DNA from: Rhizophagus irregularis
Taxonomy: Eukaryota
DNA: 64,000 nt
Assembly (NCBI RefSeq): GCF_026210795.1
Contig: NC_089430.1
Location: 2,356,001 to 2,420,000 of the forward strand
Reading direction: 5' to 3'
Both the position numbers and the translations under genes were made by a program. The notes below the pieces were generated by a model. The model made no database searches and was not told the DNA's origin. It saw only the letters and a list, made by a program, of their open reading frames with translations. The stretch's first letter is position 1. The number at the start of each line of letters is the position of its first letter. This document shows, one piece after another, positions 1 to 12,089 of this stretch.

Positions 1-1298
1 ACTTCCTCTTCAGCAATTCTTCTTTCTGATCTGGATTAAGTATCTCCTCACGATTTCTTATTAAAATATGATGATATTTTATGCGAATCTAACCCACGAC
101 GCCTACTCAAGCAATATTCACAAATGCTGTGGATGCATAGATTAACGCATTTATCGCGTTTTAACTTTACCATTACTTTATCTTCTATCTCAGATTTCGT
201 GATTGATTGGGATCTTACTTGGTTCTCGTTAAATTCTGAACCTCAACATGATGCTTCTTTTACTCGTGATCATGCTTCCTCTCATCGCACCTTCAAATTC
301 AAACTCTTTTTGGAAGATTTGCCTACCTTAGAACATCTTAAAAGAATTCGCCCGGACTTGTATATCGACATTTTATTGTGTCGTTCATGCCTTGACTCCA
401 AGGAAGATTTCATACACTTGTTTATGTGCAAATGTAGACGAATCGCTATGGAACAGATTCTCCTCTCCTACCAACATTATTTTATCAACAAACTTCAAGA
501 AGCTGGTGATCTCGCTAAGATAGATCCCTCTTTAATTATTAACAAATTTAAATCTCTTCCTTGTTGGTCCTTTTCTTCTTCAAATTGGGCTTCATATAGT
601 CTTGTCCGTGGCTGCCTTCTGAAATCCTTTGTCGAATTTTTTGAAGAACTTTCTATTCCACGAAATTCTGCGATGAAGGTTATCTCTGCTATCCACAATC
701 ACTTTATCCAAAAGATCAGAAAACGAATTTGGCTACCGCGCTCCTATGATAAATCTAAATGGAAAGACGTGATGAATATTACTCATAAACTTAAACTTTC
801 TCGGCCTTCAAATTTGCCAAAGTCCACGTACTTACCTTTCTCGACTTTACTTCCTCCGACCCTTTCCGACGCCGCACGTGACTCCGACGTTGATTATTTA
901 AAGAACTCGATGAAATATGGTTTGCCTTGGTTTAATCACTATTCGGGCTTTATGGGTCGTCTAACGGTGCAACTTACTAACAGCTTTAGCAGGGTGGTGT
1001 GTCGATTTTAATAATGGGCGCATTGTTCGTTGGTTTGTTTGCATAGTTGCCTCTTTTTAGGTTGAAATATATTTAGGCGGGGGATCAGGATAGTTTTAGT
1101 GTTATGCGATTTTTCTCTTTGAATTAATTTTATAGCTTTATTACTGTTTTGGAGACTATATAGTTTTGTTTTTAGTTAATTTTATTTTTCTTTTTTGTAC
1201 TTTGAAAATTTTATTTTATTTTTGTAAGTTCGTTAAATAAATTTAATAAAGATAAAGGCTACTATGCCATATTTGCCTTGATAAGGACTGATGATGAT
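1..1298 (+). mobile_element. 3' end of non-LTR retrotransposon (LINE) copy 1, cut by window edge
   Basis: Closely matches ~9424-10720. ORF 124-1011 encodes the C-terminal CxxC..H..C region of ORF2, followed by a T-rich 3'UTR, AATAAA and the tail GCCTTGATAAGGACTGATGATGAT. Confidence 0.92.
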
Positions 1299-2558
1299 CA
1301 TACTTTCTCCCCCGTTGGGCTCTGCCCATTTTTTCCCATGAAGTTATGGATGAAAAATATGAGGATTTTTTGCCTTGAGTGATAGTAAAAGGACTTTTCG
1401 ACGTTATATGAAGTTATTACTGAGGTCTTTAGTTTCGCCCGAACTCCTTACGGCTTATATTGAGTTAGGACCGTTATCATGAGTCTTGGAGTTACCAATA
1501 ATACTGTAAAATGGCAGTTCCATACGAACGTTCCACTGGGCTTTCTGAAAGGTTGAAAAGTAGTGCGTCTTGGTTTCTACGCCTTTAAAGTCTAACTGGC
1601 CAAGTGGTTCGCAGGCCGGACCGGTATTTCTTGGAAGGAGCTCCTGACCAACGTATTTCTTGCTAGTTGATGTTGTTAACTGGGGAGTTAGTCTTCTAAA
1701 ATAAGGAGACGGAGTTGAGATGTATGTTTGGTGAATTTTACTCAGGTTTTTCTCATTGCACTTCGAGTTTTCCTGAGGTTTATGTCTTTATTTTTTGCTT
1801 TTTGTTTTTCTTGGTCATTTTTTTTGGTGTAACCTTATTTTCTTTGGGGGGTGGGGGGATACTGGAAAATTTGATCGTCATGGTGGCTTGGTGTTACAAT
1901 TTTAAAATCGATCATCATTGGGGTGATAAGGGGGTGACAGGTTGGGTACCGCAGTTTTTGTAGTATGCCGATCAAGGTGGTCACATGATGGACTATCATT
2001 GGATTGACTTATCTAGGTAGATCTTAGGTCGATGGATTGTTCGCAATGAGGTGGGTGTCCACCGTTTGGGATCGTTCGAAATGTGGTGGGTGTCCCTTCA
2101 GGGATTGCACGACACTAAAAAGTTCCCCATCGGCTGGACTGCACGACACTAAAAAGTTCCTGGAGGTCTTAGTGAAATAGGTTTGTTATCCATAGTATGT
2201 AGTCAAATAGGGGAAATTGAATTTTAGGCGTTTTTGATAGTGCTAATGGTAGCTCGGAGGTTCTTTACCGATTCTAGGAGTGGGTACGGCGCTAGATGGG
2301 TTACGTATAGCATAGTCGACTTTACTCATTTTGAGATATATTTGGGGGAGTAGCCGTAGTTATTTATATAGAGAGGGTGGGGTTTTTAATCTTAGCTTTT
2401 CTTATTTGTAATTTCGGAAGATTATTTGTTCTTTGTTTTTCTATTAGTTCTGCACTTGTTGCGGTACTTTTTAGATCACTCTGTGTTTCTCTAAAGTTAC
2501 TTCAGCATTAATTAATAAAATTCAAGCTCATGCTATGTTTACCTTGATAAGGACTGAT
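1299..2558 (+). mobile_element. 5'-truncated or non-autonomous retroposon sharing the LINE 3' tail
   Basis: Ends in AATAAA...GCTATGTTTTACCTTGATAAGGACTGAT, like the tails at ~1290 and ~10717, but the body is unrelated to the LINE 3'UTR. Internal 21-bp direct repeat TGCACGACACTAAAAAGTTCC at ~2106-2160. Confidence 0.6.
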
Positions 2559-2634
2559 AAAAAATTTTCGGAAAGAAAATTTTATATCTTCGTACTAACA
2601 ACTCTTATATTTTACCTAACTCATACCTTCTAAC

Positions 2635-4766
2635 ATGTCTAGAAACCTTGCTAGAAGAGGTGGCGGCAGTTATAATCCTAATAGTAATAAGGCTGCTCCT
2701 CAAGAAAAGAAAAATAATAAAAAACAACTCCCTGACAACTCTGATTCTGTTAGTGATAACGCTTCTCAAAAACGTTCCCGTATTATTACAAAAGACTCCA
2801 TAGATGAAAACTATGAAGATTTCGTTGCCGACGCGCCGGCTGACGGTGGTTTAGTTGGTTCAACTTTGACCACTATTCCTCAACAAAATAATTCCCGCAG
2901 CACTGCCCAAGAAAATACTCATGCTTCTACCCTGAAAAATTCTGCTGCGCCCACTGCGCCTGGCCAAGACGCGTCCTCTGAAGCTAACGCGTCGATTCAT
3001 GCACCTCGTAACAAAGAAAATAACTCATCCCCTAACACGTCCCCTAATATGGATGTAAATGATGATTCATCACCCGATCAGGCTGTTGATCCCTCCCCCA
3101 CCATTACCATTAATCGTCAAGATTTCCTGGCTGCGGCTGCGCCCAACTCCGCTCCCCAAACTCTTGAGAAACTTAAAACTAATAAGGCAATTATTGAAGC
3201 TGTCAACAATTTATTTTTAGAAACTTATGAATCGTATACCGGTCAGGCTCGTATGACTGGTTCAGGGACGCTAAACGTCTTATTATTCATTTTCACACTG
3301 CGGAGGCTCGTGACTTGTGTGTTGGTAGTACACACCCAGATTTTCTGGACCTACAATTCCACCTGTACGATCCCAAACAACTCCGATCTGATGAAGACCT
3401 CTGTGCCATTCAAGTCACGGATATACCATTCTTCATTACTAAACTTCAACTCCAATCTTACTTCAAGAAATTCGGCAACTTACTTGCCCTCCATCTTTAT
3501 TCTAGGAAAGGTGCTAAGATGCAACAAGCCCGTATCGTCTATGACCACGCCGATGCGATCTTCCGTTTTACAACACAATGGGCAGTTTACTGCTTTTCCA
3601 CTTGTTTACGTGTCATCCCCTGTCATTACTCTTTAGATCAAAAAGCTGCTCAAAGAGCGTTTGTGGCAATTCTCTCTGGACTTCCCGCTAATACTAAAGA
3701 TATCCATCTCGCTCCTTTGGTTAAAGAACATGGAGCAAAAGCTATTAATATTCCCCTTTCCTTAAATTCATATAAACCCAAACCTTGGGCTTATGTTACC
3801 TTCAACTCACAAGAAACAATGGATGCCGCTATGGAGCAAACTATTGGTTTCCAAGGTCGCACTCTTCGATGGGGTACATCCAACGATTCGAAAGCTCTTT
3901 GCCACCGATGTGGTAAACTCGGTTGTGCTCCTACCTCCTGTCCGCTTAATCAACGCCGTGGTCGCTCACGTACATGTGATTCTGTTGCTGCTCTTAAAGA
4001 ACGTTTCAACATTGGCCAAAGACCCACTCAACAAAGAACGCCGCGTAATAATTCTTGTTCTCGATCTCGTTCTAAATCCCGGGATCGTTCTGCCTCTGCT
4101 CACCGTTCTAATTCCAATTCCAATAGCTCTAATAATAATGGTAATAACAATAACAATACTAAACCCTCCTCCTCTGGTTCAGCTCACTCCTCCTCAACTG
4201 CTCATGGATGAACACCTTCTAACAACCGAAAAGGCAAAGATAGATCTGTTTCTTTTTCATCCAATGCTCATGCTCTGCTCCCTGATCCAAATTCCTCTAC
4301 TGCTTTTGAGGCCGCTCTCGACATTCTAAATGTTTTGAAGACCCTCCAGCTAGATGTTGCTCATGTGGAATCCCGCATCTCATCCCTTGAACTTAACAAC
4401 CAGCGACTTTCTGCTATAGAAGCCCATCTAGGCATTAATCCTCCCTCTGCACCTGTCTTTAATTCTGAACCTGACCGAATGGAAGAAGACCCTCCTGAAA
4501 CCACTGGCACTTTAATACAGCATCCCAATGCTGCCTTATCTTCTGGTCCTATAAAACCCTCCTCCCCTAAATCTGCATCCAACAAAGCTCCGCACTCTGC
4601 TCCCGCTTCTACTTCTAACCCTTCCCCGCAAGACGAATTGAACTCAGTTATTCAAGATCAAAAAGCGATTAAAGATACTTTGCAATCGCTCACCGGTTCC
4701 ATCCAAGGTTTTATTGCTTCTCTTGGTGGTCCTCCCTCCGATCGAGCTTCAGCTCCTTCGCAATAA
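2635..4766 (+). pseudogene. LINE ORF1 (RRM-like domains, Cys/His knuckle, RS-rich region, coiled coil)
   Basis: ORFs 2635-3636, 3315-4211 and 4335-4766 join through one frameshift (~3270) and one in-frame TGA (4209-4211). Motifs WAYVTF and CHRCGKLGCAPTSC. Confidence 0.85.
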
Positions 4767-4813
4767 CTGATCTCTCACCCCTTTTCCCCGTACTTTATTA
4801 TCATTGTGTTCTA

Positions 4814-7800
4814 ATGTCTGACAATTTTAATTATGATACGTTTGTTCGCAACCCACCCAACCTTGTAGATATTTATAATTTTTCAGAATCTGAATTTTTA
4901 TTTACTACTTTAAATTCTTCTCCTATCCCTAATTCTTTTAATATCTCATCCTTTAATGTTAATGGTCTTCGCCATAATAGCCAGGTTAAAATTGAACAAA
5001 TTTCAAACTTTTTCAACATCAAACATATTTCTTTTGGTGGTATTGTAGATACCCATTTGACCCCCAAACAAATTCATTTCTTATCTAAACGCCTTTCTAA
5101 TTATACTGTCTTTTCATCTGATATAGATAAAACTAAACAAGTCAAATCTACTGGTGGTGTTTCCCTTTTTATTGAAAAATCCCTTGCTTCTCATGTACAA
5201 GATTTTGTTTCACATTCTTCACGCATTTTATCTGTTGATCTTTATTTTAAAGGCAACGTTAAACTACGCATTTTTGTTATATACATTCCTCCTATTTCTG
5301 ACTCTAAATTACGATTAGATACTATTGATATTCTTTTACAATTATTGGTGCAAACCAAACAACAAAATTTTTATCACGCCATTTGTGGCGATTTCAATAT
5401 GCATTTAGATACATATTACCCTATTTATTTTAATCGTCCTTCTATTGCTACTCAACGAACTTATCGTTTGCTACATCACCTTTTATCTCATGGTTATGAA
5501 GATATTTCTCCTGTTAACGCTTCTGCTTCCTTAGGCACCTTTTACCGTGATGACCAAGTTACTTATATAGATTATGTTTGGTCTTGTCCGATGCTAAAAA
5601 GCTTTGCTCTCACCTCCTATATATTTGACGCACAAGATACCTGTTCTTCCGATCACAATCCTATCATCACTTATTTTGATGATTCACTCATGGTTGCGTC
5701 TGTCAAGGTTGCTCGTGCTAAACAACTTTAATGTCGAACTCGTCGCATATTCAAATTTGATTCAGTCACTGCTCAACAATGGGAATCCTTTTCTGCTCGT
5801 ACTGATTCTTTATGCGACGCATCTCCGTCAACCTTTTCAACATGGCACATTAACCAACAATGCGAATATTTACATTCTCGTATCGTGAAAGCTGCTAATG
5901 CCTCTCTTCCTTCCATTACGATTGGAAATCAACATACACCTACGGTGACCAAAGATTTGGAAGCCTTAACTCAACATTATCGTTTCCTCAGTCGCCTTTT
6001 GCATTCGATACGTTTATTGCGAAAATATCCTTCTACTTATTATAATAGATATGAAAGTACTTGGTCCACTCATTTCATTAGACTTCAAAAAATTCTTCAT
6101 CTTTATAAGAAGGTTATTCCTTCTCCCCCTATTTTGCCTGTTTCTTTATCCACTTGTAGGCAAGACGATTTTAAATTTTTATTGGATTCTTTAAAGACTA
6201 TCTCCAGTGCCCTTCACGGCCTCCTTCTTCTTAAAGAAAAAGATTTTCAAGATTCTTCCATTCGTGCTAAATTGGATGATAGGGATAACAATTTTGATAC
6301 TGACATCTCCTCATTTATTGACTCAGCTCTCTCAAGAACTCGACGTAGTATTACCTTGGATCGTGTTTTTATCGACCACCCTACACATCCAAAATTATTG
6401 ACAGACCCACATGATATTGACGACGCTGTTATCAACCACTTCCGGAATTCCGTTCCTGTAAAATCATCTCCTCCAGAAAACATTTCAGCTCTCTCTGAAC
6501 GATGGTCTTTTGCTTATCACCCTATAAATGATGTGGATCCCTCTATTTATATTTCTTTATTACATGCTCCTACTTTAGAAGAATGGTTGTCTACGGTCTC
6601 TTCTATGCCTAATGATAAAGCTCCTGGTCCTTCTATGATTACTTATGAGATGCTCAAACATCTGGGTTCTAACACCTCTGCTTTGGTCTTAATCCTGGTC
6701 CAATCATGTCTTCGTACTGCAGATATCCCTGATTTATGGTGCCAGGCTATGGTTTTCCCTATCCCCAAACCTCACGAGTGGAAATGTCAACTCAAAAATA
6801 CAAGACCGATTACTCTACTCGAAGTAATTAGAAAATCTTTGGTCAAACTTTTTTATAATCGTCTCGCTTCCATTTTGGCTTCAAATGATGTTCTCAAAGG
6901 AGGAAACTTCGCCGGTCTCCCTGGTGGTTCTTGTCGCGACCCTATTGTCGTTCTCGAATCTATTATCCATGATGCTCATGTCAACAATTCGCCACTTTGG
7001 ATCCTTTCGCAAGATATTTCGAAAGCTTTCGACTCGGTTGATCTCAAGATGCTGCGTTTCGCTTTAGAACGCATTAAACTTCCTGCTTCTGCTACTAAGT
7101 TTATTTTATCCCTTTTTATGAAATGCTCTAATCGCGTTTTTACCGCTCATGGAACTACTCCTTCTTACCGTGTTCGCATTGGTATAGATCAAGGCGAAGT
7201 TATTTCTCCTTTACTCTGGGTCATATATATAGACCCTTTATTGACTGTTCTCAAAAATGAAATGATGGATCCGTATATACTTCATGCTCCTTCTTTATCT
7301 AATCCCTTGACTGAGATAAGTTCAGATGGATTACGAATCAACAACTTGGTCTTTATGGATGATTCTACTTTAATCTCGTCTTCCAAATCTGGAATGGAAT
7401 CGATGCTCTCTATTACGGAAGAATTTTATCATATCAATAATACTTCCGCTAATCACAACAAATATGTTTTAATTACTAATTCGTTGCCTCCCACTTCAGT
7501 TTCTTCGCCTTCTCCAGTCGTGTTTGACTTGCAATTATCTGAACTGAACTATGTTCCTTCCATTTCTATTGTGCCTATCTCCATGAATAGCTCTTTCCGC
7601 TTTCTGGACGTCTGGTTCAATGTCGCTGGATCTCGCGATTTTGTCAGGAAACAAGTTTCTCGTGAATGTAATTCCTTTGCTGCTACCGTTCGCCCTGCCA
7701 AATTATCTGCAAAACAAATTGTTTACCTACACAACACCGTTCTTATTCCAAAATTGGAATATCGTATGCAAGTCACTCACTTCTCTGAACCTGAATGTGC

Positions 7801-10435
7801 TTCGGCAACTAGCAGTATTCGTTCCATGATTAAACACAAGGCCAATTTCTCACGTGTTCTCCCTGATTCTATTCTGTTCTTGTCTCAAGGCTTGGGATTG
7901 ATTAATTTATTTTTTCACCAATCACAAACACATTTAACTAATTTATTTTTGTTAGCTAATTCTTCTTCTCTTTTTATGAAAAATTTATTTTTATATAGAT
8001 TACGTTTAATTCAATTTTCTTTTTTGATTCCTATTTCCCCATTGTTAGTTAAAGATTGGACTATATGGTCTAAACTTTTTGCTTTTAAACAGGATTATAT
8101 CGCTTGCACTATTGCTCTCCTGACCACCACTCCCTTCAAGTTGTTGCGTTCACGACTTTCAACTTTGTCTGACCTTACTATACCCGATGGTTATACACCC
8201 CTATTTGACGTTATGACTCCAAAAATTTTTATATCTTACTTCCGACGTCTTAGAAGTTTGCAACTTTATTACCTATCACAATTTATTACGCCTCAAGGAA
8301 CCCATATGATTACTTGGAACGTTTATCTATCCAATTTATCGAGCAGGAAAGGTCATCGTGTCCTCCCACACAAATAGTTCAATAACATTCACCAATGCGT
8401 CACTGTTCCAGGTTCCAACTCTCTCCTTTTGGATCGGTTCTCTTCTGATGCTATTCCTTCCAATATCGACTTGGTTCCCGCCTTTGGTTCCTCTCGAAAA
8501 TCCATGAAATGGATCATAACTTTGGATGATGATGGCTCTCCTCTTTTTGGAAAACAGCTCAGTAAACAGCAATATTCCTGCAAGATTGTCCATTGGACTT
8601 CTGATTGTGTGACTCGACCTAATGATGTTAACACGCTCACTCCTTGTCCTATTTGTTCTAAACATGTACCGGTTACCCATACTAAAAGCAATCCAACAGA
8701 TGTTACTCCTTTATGTATTATCCCAAAACTTTCCCCTCTTAGATCTTTGCTTCTTCCAACAACGCAGAAGCGTATTAGACATGACACCACCACTATTACT
8801 TCTCCTTTTACTTGGGCGGACCTGGACGAGACTGTAAGAACATATTATGGTCGTCTGGACATTCAACCTAATTTTTCACCTGAAGATGTGATTACTTTCC
8901 CTTCTCCTTCTCTTCCTCCCTCTTTGGACTCAGCTACTCCTTTTGCTTTTGCTGCTTCTCCGTTAGCGACTCCTCCTGACAACCATTATTGTTTTTATAC
9001 CGATGGTTCCTTAATTAACCTTGGCACTCCCGATGTTTCAATGGGTTGGTCTTGGATTCAAGTCCTAGATAGCGCTGGTTTTTTCCAATCTATCGCTGCT
9101 CACGCTCATGGAATTATTCACAATTGGCCTTCTTCTACAAGAGCTGAAATCGCAGCTATACATGCTGCTCTTACAGTCACTCCTCCTTCTTCAACGGCCA
9201 CTATTTATACTGACTCTCAATCCGCCATAGATGGTCTTCGTCTATGCGCTACTTTTTCTTATTCCAATAGTAGGCTTTATTACAAAACTACCAATTATGA
9301 ACTCTGGGCTATTATTGAGCATCTTATTTCATCCAAATCTTTATCGGTCACAGCTGTTAAAGTGAAAGGTCACTCTGGTAATTTCTACAATGACCACGCA
9401 GACTCTTTGGCTAATTCTGCGCATACTTCTTCCTCAGCCATTCTTCTTTTTGATCTGGATCAAGTATCTCCTCATGATTTCTTATTAAAATATGATGATA
9501 TTTTATGCGAATCCAACCCTCGACGCCTATTCAAGCAATATTCGCAGATGTTGTAGATGCATAGATTAACGTGTTTATCACGTTTTAACTTTACTTTAAC
9601 TTTGTCTTCCATTTCAGATTTCATAATTGACTGGGATCTTACCTGGTTCTTATTGAACTCTGAACCTCAACATGATGCCTCTTTTACTCGCGCTCATGCT
9701 TCCTCTCATCGCACATTCAAATTCAAACTCTTTTTGGAAGACTTACCCACTCTTGAACGTCTTAAAAGAATTCGTCCGGACTTGTATATCGACATTTTAT
9801 CATGTCGTTCATGTCTCAACTCCAAGGAAGACTTCATGCACTTATTCACGTGCAAATGTAGACGATTCGCTATGGAACAGATTCTCTTTGCCTATCAAAA
9901 ACACTTTATCAACAAACTCCAAGAAGCTGGTGATCTTATTTAAAAAGATCCCTCTTTAATTATTAACAAATTTATTTCTTTTCCTTGTTGGTCCTTTTCT
10001 TCTTCAAATTGGGCTTTATATAGTCTTGTCCGTGGCTGCCTTCCGAAATCCTTTGTTGAATTTTTTGAAGAACTTTCTATTCCACGTAACTCTGCGATGA
10101 AGGTTATCTCTGCCATCCACAATCATTTTATCCAAAAGATCAAAAAACGAATTTGGCTACCGCGTTCCTATGATAAATCTAAATGGGAAGACGCGATGAA
10201 TATCACTCAAAAACTTAAACTTTCTCGGCCTTCTAATTTGCCAAAGTCTACGTACTTACCTTTCTCTACTTTACCTCCTCCGACCCTTTCTGACGCCGCA
10301 CGTGACTCCGACGTTGATTATTTGAAGAACTCGATGAAATATGGTTTGCCTTGGTTTAATCACTATTCGGGTTTTATGGGTCGTCTAACGGTGCAACTTA
10401 CTAACAGCTTTAGCAGGGTGGTGTGTCGATTTTAA
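4814..10435 (+). pseudogene. LINE ORF2 (AP endonuclease, reverse transcriptase, RNase H, zinc finger)
   Basis: ORFs at 4814, 5885, 8429, 9557 and 10097 lie in one frame, broken by four stops (5729, 8375, 9554, 9941). Motifs: FNVNG/GDFN/SDH; KAPGP/RPITLL/DISKAFD/QGEVISP/FMDD; YTDGS/RAE/DSQ/KGHSGN. Confidence 0.95.
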
Positions 10436-10787
10436 TAATGGGCGCATTGTTCGTTGGTTTGTTTGCATAGTTGCTTCTTCTTAGGTTGGAATATATCTAG
10501 GCGGGGGATCAGGATAGTTTTAGTGTTATGCGATTTTTTCCTTTTCGAATTAATTTTATAGCTTTATTACTGTTTTGAAGACTATATAGTTTTGTTTTTA
10601 GTTAATTTTATTTTTCTTTTTTGTACTTTGAAAATTTTATTTTATTTTTGTAAGTTCGTTAAATAAATTTAATAAAGATAAAGGCTACTATGCCATGTTT
10701 GCCTTGATAAGGACTGATGACGATGTCACTTGGTTATTGTAAATTGAAGATAACAATTAGGTATGTAGACACATACAGAAAAAAGAC

Positions 10788-11372
10788 ATGTCTTACACTT
10801 ATATAACTAATCCTATAACCGGACGTCCAATCCGTGTTGGTGGAGATACCTTTAATCGAATAGTTATGGAATCCCATGATTATATCGATGGAAGCCTTGT
10901 CCGTAGACAAACCGCACCACCTCCACCTCAGGAACAACCTGTATATTTAAATACAGATACAGGACGCTATATTCAACACGGTACTAGAACGTATCATAGA
11001 CTGGTTGAGAGTGACTACGAGGTAGTTGAAGACTACTACCTTGTTCGTTATGAAGAGGAGGAGCTTATAGAAAAAATCATCAATGAAACACGCTATAATG
11101 AGGAAAATCTTGATAGCCAGCGGTTAACTTTCAATGTTATACAACAAATCAGGGCCGCTATTCAGGCTGACCAATATGAATATGATGATTTTATCTTACA
11201 GCAGGATACGACTAACGGGACACCTTCCTCTGGTCCTTCCGGTCGTCCACGAACTTTGGAGGATTATGCCCCGAGACTTGCAGAGCTTAATATTGAGTTG
11301 TGTAGGGAATGTCTCATGCCTGTAAGCCCAAGTGACTTAACGAACAAGTTGTGCAAGGACTGCGCTTCCTAA
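10788..11372 (+). CDS. Virus-like protein with two NPxTGRxI repeats (2-cysteine adaptor-like) and a C-terminal C4 zinc finger
   Basis: NPITGRPIRVGGDTFNRI and NTDTGRYIQHGTRTYHRL; CREC..CKDC. Confidence 0.65.
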   Translation: MSYTYITNPITGRPIRVGGDTFNRIVMESHDYIDGSLVRRQTAPPPPQEQPVYLNTDTGRYIQHGTRTYHRLVESDYEVVEDYYLVRYEEEELIEKIINETRYNEENLDSQRLTFNVIQQIRAAIQADQYEYDDFILQQDTTNGTPSSGPSGRPRTLEDYAPRLAELNIELCRECLMPVSPSDLTNKLCKDCAS

Positions 11373-11524
11373 TGGTCAGTCCTCCGGTCCTCCGGTCTTT
11401 CCAACGGTTGATCCCTTAATGCCAGTGATTTTTTTTTCTACAAATGACAGGTATTTAAAGATAACAATATATAAAAAAGATTGTGAAGGATACTAAGTGA
11501 GCGAATAATCAAAGAAAAATAGCC

Positions 11525-12076
11525 ATGTCAACATTAATCGTAATAAACCAGTGTCAGAACTGTGGAGTATTCTCTGCGAAAGCGGCATATAGAGGATTAT
11601 CCAGCGTGTTGTATAGACAGATTATAAAAAAGATTGGTGACGAGAGTGAACCTTTACAAGCCTTGGGACTTGCCAGGGATAAGTTGGTCCAGATTATCCG
11701 TCAGGCAAGTAATGCAGATTTTACGCAATTATTCACACAAAGACTGGATATGAAAATTATGGACGGAGATTCATATGAGGATACTAGGAAGTGGCTTCTT
11801 GAACAGCTTATAGCTATTGGATGTGACAGTGGGGAAATTGCCTTATATCAGTTCTTACGGAATATATACCCGGATGGTATTGACGAACCCTTTACTACAT
11901 TCTATGAGAACTATGTAAGTCATGTAAGAAATCCGATGACTAAGAACTTTGCTTCTCGAGCCTTAGGAGCTATTGAGTTAAAAGCTAGGATGCTACAGAT
12001 TGACTTCGAAGGACGTAAAAAAAGCGCCATGATTCTTAGGGCTTCTGCAGAAGAACTTCGCGAGATGGGTTGCTAA
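11525..12076 (+). CDS. Hypothetical element protein (183 aa, N-terminal CxxC)
   Basis: Intact ORF, convergent with the ATPase (13-bp gap). Confidence 0.6.
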   Translation: MSTLIVINQCQNCGVFSAKAAYRGLSSVLYRQIIKKIGDESEPLQALGLARDKLVQIIRQASNADFTQLFTQRLDMKIMDGDSYEDTRKWLLEQLIAIGCDSGEIALYQFLRNIYPDGIDEPFTTFYENYVSHVRNPMTKNFASRALGAIELKARMLQIDFEGRKKSAMILRASAEELREMGC

Positions 12077-12089
12077 AGCAACCAGATTC

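Larger units (their letters stand above)
2559..10722 (+). mobile_element. Full-length APE-type LINE with RNase H (copy 2), inactivated
   Basis: Short 5'UTR, ORF1, ORF2, 3'UTR and (TGA)n-type tail. Confidence 0.93.

Noticed and set aside
1270..1310. Hammerhead ribozyme suggested by CTGATGA after a hairpin (also at ~10713)
   Set aside because: No stem II followed by GAAA; CTGATGA is explained by the (TGA)n tail
4814..10435. Stop-codon readthrough or alternative genetic code in ORF2
   Set aside because: The stops are mixed TAA/TAG, and copy 1 has sense codons at the two comparable sites
2542..10717. 17-bp TSD CCTTGATAAGGACTGAT around LINE copy 2
   Set aside because: The same sequence ends copy 1, so it is the element's own tail
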